Shown piece by piece: positions 1 to 7,987 of a stretch of DNA of 25,775 nucleotides. This stretch comes from Chthonomonas calidirosea (GTDB lineage Bacteria > Armatimonadota > Chthonomonadetes > Chthonomonadales > CAJBBX01), in contig DYKI01000026.1 of the NCBI GenBank assembly GCA_020722705.1, positions 9,220-34,994 on the forward strand, given 5' to 3'. Below the pieces are notes generated by a model. That model ran no database searches. It was given only the letters and a program-made list of their open reading frames with translations, and was not told where the DNA came from. A program made the translations under genes and the position numbers. Position 1 is the stretch's first letter. Each line of letters starts with the position of its first letter.

Positions 1-119
1 TGACGGCGAGGACGCCGTCCCTCCCGCTGACGGCGAGGACGCCGTCCCTCCCGCTGACGGCGAGGACGCCGTCCCTCCCGCATGACGGCGAGGACGCCGT
101 CCCTCCCGCATGACGGGCG
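1..119. repeat. Tandem array of a 27-28 bp palindromic unit TGACGGCGAGGACGCCGTCCCTCCCGC(A): four complete head-to-tail copies (1-27, 28-54, 55-82, 83-110) plus a degenerate fifth start (111-119). The array is cut by the window edge and may continue upstream.
   Basis: Seen directly. Units abut with no spacers. Each unit contains the hairpin GACGGCG/AGGA/CGCCGTC followed by CCTCCC. The same core recurs at 2675-2699, 3363-3387, 9858-9882 and inverted at 9997-10020. Confidence 0.9.
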
Positions 120-123
120 TACG

Positions 124-150
124 GCTCTTCGGAACACTCCCGAAGGGCCG
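124..150 (+). promoter_or_regulatory. Stable hairpin: 10-bp stem GGCTCTTCGG / CCGAAGGGCC with one G-U pair, 7-nt loop AACACTC. Lies just 3' of the tandem array; function unknown. A possible -10 TAGAAT at 223-228 precedes the kinase gene.
   Basis: Seen directly: the arms are complementary. No U-tract follows, so not a classic intrinsic terminator. Confidence 0.3.
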
Positions 151-270
151 GGCGTCATATCATGCGCGTCCTGCAGGCCCTCCGAAACCGTCCGATCAGC
201 GCGGCGCGCCGTCGCAAGCGGGTAGAATAATCTGTCGCGACGCGAGTCTGTAACAGCGCGGTAACATTGC

Positions 271-1452
271 GTGTCACTTACCACCGAAACCTACGGCTAT
301 ATTGCGGCCGGCCTGTATTGGGTTCTCATCCTTTGCTGGCTGACGATCCTCACCTTCTACTGGCGTGAACATCGCCGCCTGCGCTCGCTTGAGACGATCG
401 TCGGCACGATGCTTGTCGTGGTCTTCCTCGACGGCGCGCGTACGCTGCTGGAGAGCGTCTATTTCGGCACCGTATACACCGCGCGAGCGGGGATACTTCC
501 CGCGTACGTCTACGAACTGCTTTCCGAGCCTCAGCTTGTCCTCGTCCCCAAGACCGTCAATCTGGCCGCAGCCGTCACGATCATCATGGTGCTTGTGCGG
601 CAGTGGTTCCCGGCCATGCGCGAGGAGTTGGACCGGCAACGGCAGACAGCAGCTCTGTATGAGGAACTCCAGCATGCCCATGAGAAGATGCAGACCACAC
701 TCGATGAGCTGACGGCCGCTCACGACGAACTGAAACGAACCCACGAGGAGCTCCGAGCCGCTCGTGAGGCACAGGACGCGCTGACCCACATGATCGTGCA
801 CGACATGCGCACGCCCTTGACGAGCATCATCACGGGACTGCAGACGGCGCAGCAGGCAGACTATGACAGCGAGCTGACCCCTGAGATGGTGGATCATGCG
901 CTGGCCGGCGCCAATCGGCTGCTGCTGATGGTCAACGACCTCCTCGACATCTCGAAAATGGAGTCGGGAATGATGACCCTGACTCCGGAGGTGTTCTCGA
1001 TCAGACAGCCCATCGAGGTGGCGGTCACGCTTGTCGGGCCCCTGGCTCGCGACAAGGACATCACGCTGGAGACAGCCTTTGTCGAGAACGACGAGGTACA
1101 GGCGGATCGCGAACTGGTGCGCCGCATTATTGTTAACCTGTTGGGCAACGCGCTCAAGTTCGCGCCCAGGGGCAGCGCGATCCGCATCGCCGTGTCGCGT
1201 GTCGGTCGAGCTTCGCTGCGGGTGAGCGTGTCCGACAGCGGTCCAGGGATACCGCCGGAGCACCAGCAACGCATCTTCGACAAGTTCCATCAGGTCGCGA
1301 ACGGCGGCACGAATGGCATACCGTCAACCGGCCTCGGGTTGACGTTCTGCAAAATGGCGGTCGAGGTTCAGGGCGGCGAGATCGGGGTCCAGAGCGTGCC
1401 CGGAGAGGGCAGCACTTTCCATTTCACCCTGCCCGCGGCCGTGACCAACTGA
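271..1452 (+). CDS. Membrane sensor histidine kinase with 3 predicted N-terminal TM helices, a coiled coil, HisKA and HATPase_c. No response regulator adjacent (orphan). GTG start at 271.
   Basis: H-box HDMRTPLTSI, N-box NLLGNALKF, D/G-box SDSGPGIP, G2 STGLGLTFCK. Hydrophobic N-terminal segments YGYIAAGLYWVLILCWLTILTFYW and VNLAAAVTIIMVLV. Confidence 0.85.
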   Translation: MSLTTETYGYIAAGLYWVLILCWLTILTFYWREHRRLRSLETIVGTMLVVVFLDGARTLLESVYFGTVYTARAGILPAYVYELLSEPQLVLVPKTVNLAAAVTIIMVLVRQWFPAMREELDRQRQTAALYEELQHAHEKMQTTLDELTAAHDELKRTHEELRAAREAQDALTHMIVHDMRTPLTSIITGLQTAQQADYDSELTPEMVDHALAGANRLLLMVNDLLDISKMESGMMTLTPEVFSIRQPIEVAVTLVGPLARDKDITLETAFVENDEVQADRELVRRIIVNLLGNALKFAPRGSAIRIAVSRVGRASLRVSVSDSGPGIPPEHQQRIFDKFHQVANGGTNGIPSTGLGLTFCKMAVEVQGGEIGVQSVPGEGSTFHFTLPAAVTN

Positions 1453-1468
1453 ACCTTGCCCGAGCCCG

Positions 1469-1999
1469 TCAGGGCGACGGATGCTCGTCGGGTCTGGACC
1501 GCTCCATGGACCAACTGTCGTTGCGACGACGGAATGTGGCCTGCCCCGTGATGACGAAGCCCATGCTTCGGTAGAGGCGCTCGGCTCGCGCGTTGGTCTT
1601 GACGACATTCAGCGACACCACGGGCACCTTGAGACGGTCGGTCTCGTGCAGCAGCAACTGCATCAGTCGTCGACCGTGACCCTGGCCGATCACGGAATCG
1701 TGGAGGCCGATCCCGAGCATGGGGCGTGAACATCCGATGCCCTGGACAAACGCGTGGCCCAGTATCCGTCGGCCCCGCCCGAAAAGCCCCAGACTGATGC
1801 AGAGCCCCGAGCGGACCATGTCGAAGTGCTCTCGAATGGCGTCGGGCGAGACGTAGTCGGTGGGCAGGAACATGCGCGCTACGGGCGGGGACAAGGAGCG
1901 GTAGAACGCCAGCAGCTCCGGCGCGTCGTCAGGCGCCAGACGGCATATGCTCAGGTCTGTTTCAGGCAGCAATGCTTGTACTTGCGTCCGCTGCCGCAC
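1469..1999 (-). CDS. GNAT family N-acetyltransferase. Start uncertain: GTG at 1999 would overlap the anSME 3' end by 49 nt.
   Basis: Acetyl-CoA binding motif A (QGIGCSRPMLGIGLHDSVIGQGHGRRLMQLL). Size about 170 aa. No in-frame ATG before residue 42. Confidence 0.7.
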   Translation of the reverse strand: MRQRTQVQALLPETDLSICRLAPDDAPELLAFYRSLSPPVARMFLPTDYVSPDAIREHFDMVRSGLCISLGLFGRGRRILGHAFVQGIGCSRPMLGIGLHDSVIGQGHGRRLMQLLLHETDRLKVPVVSLNVVKTNARAERLYRSMGFVITGQATFRRRNDSWSMERSRPDEHPSP

Positions 2000-3357
2000 G
2001 GGCAGGGGGCATTGCGGCCAACGGCCCGATTGGCAACGGGTATCGGGGATGCGCCGCCGCGGCGATCGGCCATGGCGTACATCCCCATGATCTCGGCTGG
2101 AGCGCGCTGAGCCTCCAGCAGTTGTGTCATCAGCCGCATATCTCTGTCAATGTGGTTGAAGAAGCGCTTGTACGACGGGCACAGGTAGTTGAGCCCGGGC
2201 TCACCATCGGGGGTCCGGCAGAAACGGTGCTTCGGGCACTCGCCGCGACAGGCAAAGAGAACCTCGCATGAACGGCAGTGGGCGGGCAGGCTGTCGCGCT
2301 TGGCATCGCCGAATGCGGTCTGCTTGGGTGAGATCACCATTGTGCGGATGTTCTGCTCCATGATGTTGCCGAGCCGGTGCTCCGGATACACGTAGTGATC
2401 GCATGCGTACAGGTCGCCGTTGTGTTCGAGAGCCATGCCGCGCCCGCACGTTTCGGCGAAGACACAGAGGGAGGCGCCGGCTCCGGCCCATATGCCCAAC
2501 GCTGTGTCGAATATCTGCACGAACACGCGCGCTACATCGTTGCGGACCCACTCGTCGTAAATCGCGCACAGGAAGATGCCAAACTGCTCGGCCTCCACGC
2601 TCCAGTCGGTGACCCTTGGGGCGGCCAGGTCGTCATCCACATCGGGAGGGCCTGCGAGCACATGCCCGGGTTTCGGACGGCGAGGACGCCGTCCCTCCCC
2701 ATCGGGAGGGTCACTGTCCTCGGTGACCGGTTTTGCGGACGGCGGCAGCCGTTCAACCAGTGGGATGAACTGGAGGAAGCGCGATCCGGCCTCCTTGAGG
2801 AACCGGTAGACCTCGAGCGGATGGTGGGCGTTGAGGCGGTTGACAACGGTCAGCGTGTTGAACTCGACGCGGTGCTTCTGCATGAGTTCGAGGCCGCGCA
2901 TGACACGGTCGAAGGATGGCCTGTCGCGCTTGTCGCGGCGATATGCATCATGCAGCTCACGTGGTCCATCCAGGCTCAGGCCGACCAGGAACTCGTGGTC
3001 ATGCAGAAACGAGCACCACTCATCGTCGAGAAGGGTGCCGTTGGTTTGAATCGCGTTGGTGATCCGCTTGCCGCGTGCGTGCTTCCGTTGCAGTTCCACG
3101 ACCTTGCGGAAGAAGCGAACCCCCAACAGCGTGGGCTCGCCCCCCTGCCAGGCGAAGTTGACCTCCGGAACTTCCTGAGCTGCGATATAGTCTCGGATGT
3201 AGCGCTCCAGCACCTCATCCGACATTGCCCATCGCCGATTGCCCGGAAAGAGATCCTCCTTCTGCAGATAGAAGCAGTATCGGCAGTCAAGGTTGCAGAT
3301 CGGCCCGATGGGCTTCGTCATTACATGAAACGCCAGCGGGCTCTTGGGAGCGGTCAT
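1951..3357 (-). CDS. Anaerobic sulfatase-maturating enzyme (radical SAM / SPASM). Carries a 20-aa repeat-derived insertion and a C-terminal SEC-C motif extension.
   Basis: CNLDCRYCFY (CxxxCxxC radical-SAM cluster), GGEPTL, multiple C-terminal Cys clusters (CRSCEVLFACRGECPKH, CPSY) typical of SPASM. C-terminal NAPCPCGSGRKYKHCC is the SEC-C metal-binding motif. ATGA overlap with the upstream sulfatase stop at 3354-3357. Confidence 0.85.
   Translation of the reverse strand: MTAPKSPLAFHVMTKPIGPICNLDCRYCFYLQKEDLFPGNRRWAMSDEVLERYIRDYIAAQEVPEVNFAWQGGEPTLLGVRFFRKVVELQRKHARGKRITNAIQTNGTLLDDEWCSFLHDHEFLVGLSLDGPRELHDAYRRDKRDRPSFDRVMRGLELMQKHRVEFNTLTVVNRLNAHHPLEVYRFLKEAGSRFLQFIPLVERLPPSAKPVTEDSDPPDGEGRRPRRPKPGHVLAGPPDVDDDLAAPRVTDWSVEAEQFGIFLCAIYDEWVRNDVARVFVQIFDTALGIWAGAGASLCVFAETCGRGMALEHNGDLYACDHYVYPEHRLGNIMEQNIRTMVISPKQTAFGDAKRDSLPAHCRSCEVLFACRGECPKHRFCRTPDGEPGLNYLCPSYKRFFNHIDRDMRLMTQLLEAQRAPAEIMGMYAMADRRGGASPIPVANRAVGRNAPCPCGSGRKYKHCCLKQT
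2644..2700. mobile_element. MITE/RPE-like insertion of the palindromic element inside the anSME ORF. Net 60 bp (in frame), flanked by a 10-bp direct repeat ATCGGGAGGG (2641-2650 and 2701-2710). Imperfect terminal inverted repeat GGGAGGGCC ... GTCCCTCCC.
   Basis: Seen directly. The core GGACGGCGAGGACGCCGTCCCTCCC sits at 2675-2699. The protein shows a duplicated PPD flanking the 20 inserted residues GEGRRPRRPKPGHVLAGPPD. Confidence 0.6.
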
Positions 3358-4715
3358 TTTCTGGACGGCGAGGACGCCGTCCCTCCCGTCGCTCTAACGG
3401 GGAACTCCGAGCTTTCGGTCCTTGCATCGCGGAGGAACGCCGCCATCCGATCGGCCACGTCCGGGTGTCGGTCGGCGATGTTGTCGCGCTCGCCCGGATC
3501 GTTGTTCAGGGCGTAGAGCTCCAGACTGGTCTGCCCTGCACGCCGGACGGCCTTCCACGATCCCATCCGGGCTGCCTGGCTGAATCCGCCTTCGTGGAAC
3601 TCCCAGTACAACGGCGGTCTGTACAGCAGCTTTCGCCCGAGCATGGCCGGCAGGACGGACACGCCGTCGGTGTTCGCCGGCACGGGCTTGTTGAGGAGTT
3701 CGCAGACGGTGGGCAGGAAATCCCAGAATGCCCACGGTTCATTGCTGACGCTGCCTGACTTGATCCGGTCGGGCCAGCGCACGATCATCGGAACCCTGAT
3801 GCCGCCCTCGTAGAGATCGCGCTTGATGCCGCGCAGCGGGCCGCTGCTGTCGAAGAAGGCGGGGTTGTGGCCGCCTTCCCTGTGCGGCCCATTGTCGCTG
3901 GTGAAGAAGACTATCGTGTTGCGCGTCAAGCCAAGCGCATCGAGCCGCTGGAGGATCGTGCCGATGCCCCGATCCATCCGGGTGATCGCTGACGCGAAGA
4001 GCTTCTCCGTCTCGGGCCAGTCGGCGTCCCTGTACTCGGGCTCGATGCGCGGAGCCTCCATCGTTCGGGCTGTGCTGTTGGCGTGCGGGGCGGTGTAGGC
4101 CAAATAGAGGAAGAAGGGCCGATCGGCGCTCCGCTCGACGAAACTCAGGGCCTCACGCGTGAACAGATCGTTGGAGTAAGCGCCTCGACGGTTCTGATCG
4201 TTCTCGTAGATGGCTTCGACAGAATCGTTGCGCCAGAGCTGTGTGGGAAAGCTGTTGTGCGCGAGCGCCTGATTCAGGTATCCGAAGAAGAAGTCGAAGC
4301 CTTGTCGGTTTGGAATGCCTGTGGTTGCCGGTTCGCCGAGCCCCCACTTGCCGACGAGAGCAGTGGCGTAACCGGCGGATCGGAATATGCCTGCAACCGA
4401 GTTCTCGCCTGGGCGCAGAGGAACGAGCGCGTTTCCGCGCACGAATGCATGCCCGGAATGCAGACCAGTCATCAAACAGCACCGGGATGGTGCGCAGACC
4501 GTGCTGCCCGCATAGCATTGGGTGAAGCGCAGGCCGCGCGTGGCCAATCTGTCAATGTTGGGCGTTTTGATCCTGGTCTGCCCGTAGCATCCCAGGTCGC
4601 CGTAGCCAAGATCGTCGGCGAGGATGAAAACGACATTGGGCGGACGGCTCGGCGGTTCGCCTGTCGTTGAAACGTGTATCGGCGTGGCGGCAAGCATGGT
4701 CGCGATAGGCAGCAT
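3354..4715 (-). CDS. Cys-type sulfatase of the arylsulfatase / N-acetylglucosamine-6-sulfatase family, probably secreted. Likely ATG start at 4715 with an upstream GGGAG; the track's 4751 start is GTG.
   Basis: Sulfatase signature CAPSRCCLMTG (C-x-P-x-R), N-terminal FILADDLGYGDLGCYG, GKWGLG. Hydrophobic N-terminus MLPIATMLAATPIHV. The stop overlaps the anSME start (ATGA). Confidence 0.85.
   Translation of the reverse strand: MLPIATMLAATPIHVSTTGEPPSRPPNVVFILADDLGYGDLGCYGQTRIKTPNIDRLATRGLRFTQCYAGSTVCAPSRCCLMTGLHSGHAFVRGNALVPLRPGENSVAGIFRSAGYATALVGKWGLGEPATTGIPNRQGFDFFFGYLNQALAHNSFPTQLWRNDSVEAIYENDQNRRGAYSNDLFTREALSFVERSADRPFFLYLAYTAPHANSTARTMEAPRIEPEYRDADWPETEKLFASAITRMDRGIGTILQRLDALGLTRNTIVFFTSDNGPHREGGHNPAFFDSSGPLRGIKRDLYEGGIRVPMIVRWPDRIKSGSVSNEPWAFWDFLPTVCELLNKPVPANTDGVSVLPAMLGRKLLYRPPLYWEFHEGGFSQAARMGSWKAVRRAGQTSLELYALNNDPGERDNIADRHPDVADRMAAFLRDARTESSEFPVRATGGTASSPSRK
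3363..3387. repeat. Solo copy of the palindromic element, lying inside the last 9 codons of the sulfatase and immediately 5' (on the mRNA) of the anSME start codon.
   Basis: Exact 25/25 match to the core GGACGGCGAGGACGCCGTCCCTCCC. Its minus-strand translation gives the sulfatase C-terminus ...TGGTASSPSRK*. Confidence 0.85.
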
Positions 4716-4806
4716 GGCGGCTCCCGTGCAATCGGTGGCGGTTGCGCGCACCTCTGCCGAAGCATCCGCGCGGGCCTGCAGTGCGACGGCGTCGGCGACA
4801 CGTGCG

Positions 4807-4835
4807 TATTATAGCCCGTAACCGTATGCTACAAT
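4807..4835 (+). promoter_or_regulatory. AT-rich patch (TATTATAG ... TACAAT) in the divergent intergenic region between the sulfatase and DUF951 genes. Candidate -10 elements.
   Basis: TACAAT at 4830-4835 lies 31 nt upstream of the DUF951 ATG. AT islands are unusual in this GC-rich sequence. Confidence 0.25.
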
Positions 4836-4865
4836 CCGTGGTTCTCTTGGTGTGGACACGCGTCT

Positions 4866-5081
4866 ATGAGCATGGTGCATATCCAAATCGGTGACCGTGT
4901 CCGGTTGCGCAAGGCACACGCGTGCGGCGGGGATGAGTGGATCGTCCACCGGACGGGTGCCGACGTCGGTCTGACATGCGCAACGTGCGGCAGACGGGTC
5001 ATGCTGGACCGCGAGGTGTTCGAGCGGCGCGTCCGGCCCAACCGTCCGTCGGCGGCGACAACGCCGCGGGAGGAGTCTTGA
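4866..5081 (+). CDS. DUF951 family small protein (zinc-ribbon-like).
   Basis: IQIGDRVRLRKAHACGGDEWIVHRTGADVGLTCATCGRRVMLDREVFERRV matches the DUF951 pattern (hxCGxxxW ... GADxxxxCxxCxRxVM...R..FE) as I recall it. 71 aa. Confidence 0.65.
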   Translation: MSMVHIQIGDRVRLRKAHACGGDEWIVHRTGADVGLTCATCGRRVMLDREVFERRVRPNRPSAATTPREES

Positions 5082-5116
5082 GGGTACACCGCAACTTGCG
5101 AGTGGGCGTAGCCGAG

Positions 5117-6301
5117 ATGGCGTCCGCTCTCGTACTCGCGCTCGCCCTGAGCGCGTTTGTCAGGCAACTGAGCACACCCGAGCCGGAAGACGGCAGCACG
5201 GCTCAGGCGGTGCAGCCTATCGAGGCGCAGGTCACCGCTATTCATACCACGGCTTCGAGCATTCCCGACGGTGATGCGGTCGGCGATCTTGGATTGCCCC
5301 CTCAGGACGACGGAGTTCCGCAATGGTCTGGGTGGGCCAACCTGGACACCAAACGAGTTACCGCCCGGAGCACGCACGAAGCGGTTCGAGCCGTCGCATC
5401 CCGCATTCCGGACGGCCTGGCGATCGGCATCGGCAACACCGCCGAAGCGCCTGCTCTGCTCCGCTTGGAGGTGCGGCTGCCGGCAGGCAGATACACCATT
5501 GATCGTCTGGTGTACGGTCCTGGCCACGTGCACCTTGAGAGGCTGCAGTCTTCGGCGCCTGATGGCGGAGGTTTCATACGTAAGCCCGGCTATCTCGCGC
5601 CGAAATCCGGCGCGGTATACCGGTTCGTGAACCATGCTTCACGCGCGTCAGCGACCTACATGCGCGCCGCACAGCAGGCCCGTGCCTATGCATCCGTGAG
5701 CTCAAGGAACAGCGCCCGCCTGATGGCAGCCCTTCGGGAGTGTCCATGGATGCTGACCCAGGCGGCAAGACTGATCGCGCGCAAGAACCCCGGGGAGGCA
5801 CTGCGGCCGATCCACCGTGCGCTTCTGGGCATACGGCATGCGCAAGCGGTGTGCGGCAACATGACCGCCCCGGGTGAGGCCGCTGCCCGTCTGCGGAGCA
5901 GGATCGCGACGGAACTGGATGCCCTCGAAGCATCGCTGGGTGAATGCAGCGTTGCCGCGCTTGGTCTCGTACCGTCTGCAGATGTAGAGGCAGGCGAAGG
6001 TCGGACCCGCATCCGCCTGGGTGTCCGGAACTCGGGATCGCAGAGCATCTCAGCGGTCAAGCTCTGGCTGACAGGACCCCGCGGCTGTGTTGTCGAACCT
6101 TCATTGCAGGCGGTCTTCGACACGCTGCGGCCCGGACAGACGGTGACCGCCGAGTTCACGGCGAAGACGCCCGGAGCATCTGCGGACACTCAGGCATCGG
6201 CGAGGCGCGCGCCGGGTGATCGAACCGATGGTGATTTGTGCGGCCACCTGTCATACTTCCGCGATCAGGCGCCGGCGCACGTCCGCATCGCAGTTCGGTG
6301 A
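5117..6301 (+). CDS. Hypothetical secreted protein with a C-terminal beta-sandwich resembling NEW3/CARDB-like domains. The track ORF starts at 4937, but that overlaps the DUF951 gene; ATG 5117 gives a signal-peptide-like N-terminus MASALVLALALSAFV.
   Basis: Hydrophobic N-terminus. C-terminal TRIRLGVRNSGSQSISAVKLWLTGPRGCVVEPS...LRPGQTVTAEFTAKTP has the NEW3-like pattern. No other motif recognised. Confidence 0.5.
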   Translation: MASALVLALALSAFVRQLSTPEPEDGSTAQAVQPIEAQVTAIHTTASSIPDGDAVGDLGLPPQDDGVPQWSGWANLDTKRVTARSTHEAVRAVASRIPDGLAIGIGNTAEAPALLRLEVRLPAGRYTIDRLVYGPGHVHLERLQSSAPDGGGFIRKPGYLAPKSGAVYRFVNHASRASATYMRAAQQARAYASVSSRNSARLMAALRECPWMLTQAARLIARKNPGEALRPIHRALLGIRHAQAVCGNMTAPGEAAARLRSRIATELDALEASLGECSVAALGLVPSADVEAGEGRTRIRLGVRNSGSQSISAVKLWLTGPRGCVVEPSLQAVFDTLRPGQTVTAEFTAKTPGASADTQASARRAPGDRTDGDLCGHLSYFRDQAPAHVRIAVR

Positions 6302-6353
6302 CGTACAGACCGCTTCAGCCTCGATCACTTGCTCATGATAGGAGATGCACTGC

Positions 6354-7979
6354 ATGACTGACATAGCGCGCGCTTGCCGGTGGATGGTCACGTTCGCAGC
6401 TTTGTTTGCGCTCGTACGCAGCGCTCATGGAGCTGAGGTAACGCTCAGTGTGGCCGATGGCGAGCGCCTCGCCGATCGGGTCACCATCACGGCGCGGGTC
6501 ACCGGCTTCGAGGAAACCGGGGTTCGGCAAGTGGCATTCAGTGTTGACGGTGTCGAGCGTGGCACCGACAGCAGCATCCCCTATACCCTCGATTGGGATA
6601 CTGTGAACGAGTCCGACGGCCGGCACCGGCTGGCTGCCGTTGCTACCGATATGGGCGGCGCTGCGGCACGAACCGAAGTGACCGTCGTCGTGGACAACGA
6701 ACTGAGCAAGGGCGCCGAGCATCATGGGCGCATCGCACTCGAGGCGCTCAAGGCGGGCGACCTACCGCGTGCCACTCGCCATGCCCGTCGCGCCGTCAAG
6801 GTGGACCCAACCAACCTCAGCGCCGCACGCGCCCTGGCTTCCATCCATCGGCTGGCTAAGGAGTATGACAAGGCGATCGGGGTACTGGAGCAGGCACAGA
6901 TACCTGAAGACAACGTCCCCGTTCGGACCGAGCTGGCGGCCCTCTACGTCCTTCGCGGTGATGCCGGCGAGACGATGGAGGCCCTCGTCATGGGCGCCAA
7001 CACCGGTCTGGAGCAGCATCGAAAGGCTCTGTTGGCCAGTCGGGACGCCTTGAAGTCGGATGCGCCGCCCGAGCAGCGGGGCGATGCGGCCTTTGCACTG
7101 CGAGATTGGGCCGGGGCCATACGGGCTTACCAGATGGCGGGCGATGCCTCCACGGCATCATTGGGCTCTGTCAATCGGCTGATGGTGGCCTACGCCAGAG
7201 CGGGCCGGAGACGCGATCTCGATGTGCTTCTGCGTACCTTGAAGCGCGAGGAGCGTGGTGACGACATCACCAGGGCGGCACACGCGTACTGCCTCCTGGC
7301 GTCGCACAAGCCGAATGAGGCGCGAGCGCTGATCGAGCAGGGCGTCCAGAATCGTGTGTATCCGTCGCTCTATCTTGCGGCCTGTGCTGACCTCATCATC
7401 GGCAACAAGAAGGTGGCGGGCGAGGAGATCACGGCACTGGCCGAGATGCGGCCCGGCTCTCCCGAAGTGCTGCTCCTGCAGTCTCTGGTTGCCAAGGAAC
7501 CCCTCGATGTTCGAGCCCACATCGTCGGCGCGATGGCCCTCATGCCGTCGTGGCCCGAGGCGTATGTGCGGATGGCCGGCGACCTTATCGGAAGCAACAG
7601 GCCAAAGCGCATGGAAGATGCCGAGACCATGCTCGGTATCGCTCGGAAAGCCGACCGGGACGCTCCCGATGCCCTGATGGTGACAGCCGCCCTCCTGATG
7701 GTTCAGCGTCGGCCAGAGGAGGCGCAGCCCATCCTTGCACGTGTGTTGGAACTCGATCCGGAGGCCCCGGACGCTCTCGTAGGCATGGCCCTGAACTGCA
7801 GCATGCTGGATAGGACACGCGAGATCACCGACCTGCTGGCCAGGGCCATGAAGGTCAGTGACGTGCTGTGGAACGATGTCTTCGTGCCCAAGCCGCTCGA
7901 CTTTCTGAGGCGGGTGCTGCAGTATCGCATACCGATCCTGATGACGCCGGACGTCCTGTATCCGACCGGCACGAGGTAG
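6354..7979 (+). CDS. Secreted protein with an N-terminal bacterial Ig-like domain followed by TPR repeats. ATG at 6354 is preferred over 6345 on AGGAG spacing.
   Basis: Signal peptide MTDIARACRWMVTFAALFALVRSAHGA. Ig-like segment ...VAFSVDGVERGTDSSIPYTLDWDTVNESDGRHRLAAVATDMGG...VVVDN. Helical repeat region with TPR-like A/L/Y periodicity. Confidence 0.7.
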   Translation: MTDIARACRWMVTFAALFALVRSAHGAEVTLSVADGERLADRVTITARVTGFEETGVRQVAFSVDGVERGTDSSIPYTLDWDTVNESDGRHRLAAVATDMGGAAARTEVTVVVDNELSKGAEHHGRIALEALKAGDLPRATRHARRAVKVDPTNLSAARALASIHRLAKEYDKAIGVLEQAQIPEDNVPVRTELAALYVLRGDAGETMEALVMGANTGLEQHRKALLASRDALKSDAPPEQRGDAAFALRDWAGAIRAYQMAGDASTASLGSVNRLMVAYARAGRRRDLDVLLRTLKREERGDDITRAAHAYCLLASHKPNEARALIEQGVQNRVYPSLYLAACADLIIGNKKVAGEEITALAEMRPGSPEVLLLQSLVAKEPLDVRAHIVGAMALMPSWPEAYVRMAGDLIGSNRPKRMEDAETMLGIARKADRDAPDALMVTAALLMVQRRPEEAQPILARVLELDPEAPDALVGMALNCSMLDRTREITDLLARAMKVSDVLWNDVFVPKPLDFLRRVLQYRIPILMTPDVLYPTGTR

Positions 7980-7987
7980 GGCCCGAG

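Noticed and set aside
1-119. Possible CRISPR array (regular 27-28 bp repeats at the window start)
   Set aside because: Units abut head-to-tail with no intervening unique spacers, and the same unit occurs dispersed as solo copies and as MITE termini. Behaves as a tandemly amplified palindromic element, not a CRISPR.
2377-3516. 379-aa plus-strand ORF
   Set aside because: Entirely antisense to the motif-rich radical-SAM gene, Arg/Ala-rich with no motifs. Typical high-GC antisense artefact.
4937-5116. Upstream extension of the hypothetical secreted protein ORF (track start 4937)
   Set aside because: Would overlap the well-supported DUF951 gene in another frame. The internal ATG at 5117 yields a signal-peptide-like N-terminus.
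4829-5635. 268-aa minus-strand ORF
   Set aside because: Overlaps the DUF951 gene and the signal-peptide-bearing hypothetical gene on the opposite strand. No recognisable features.
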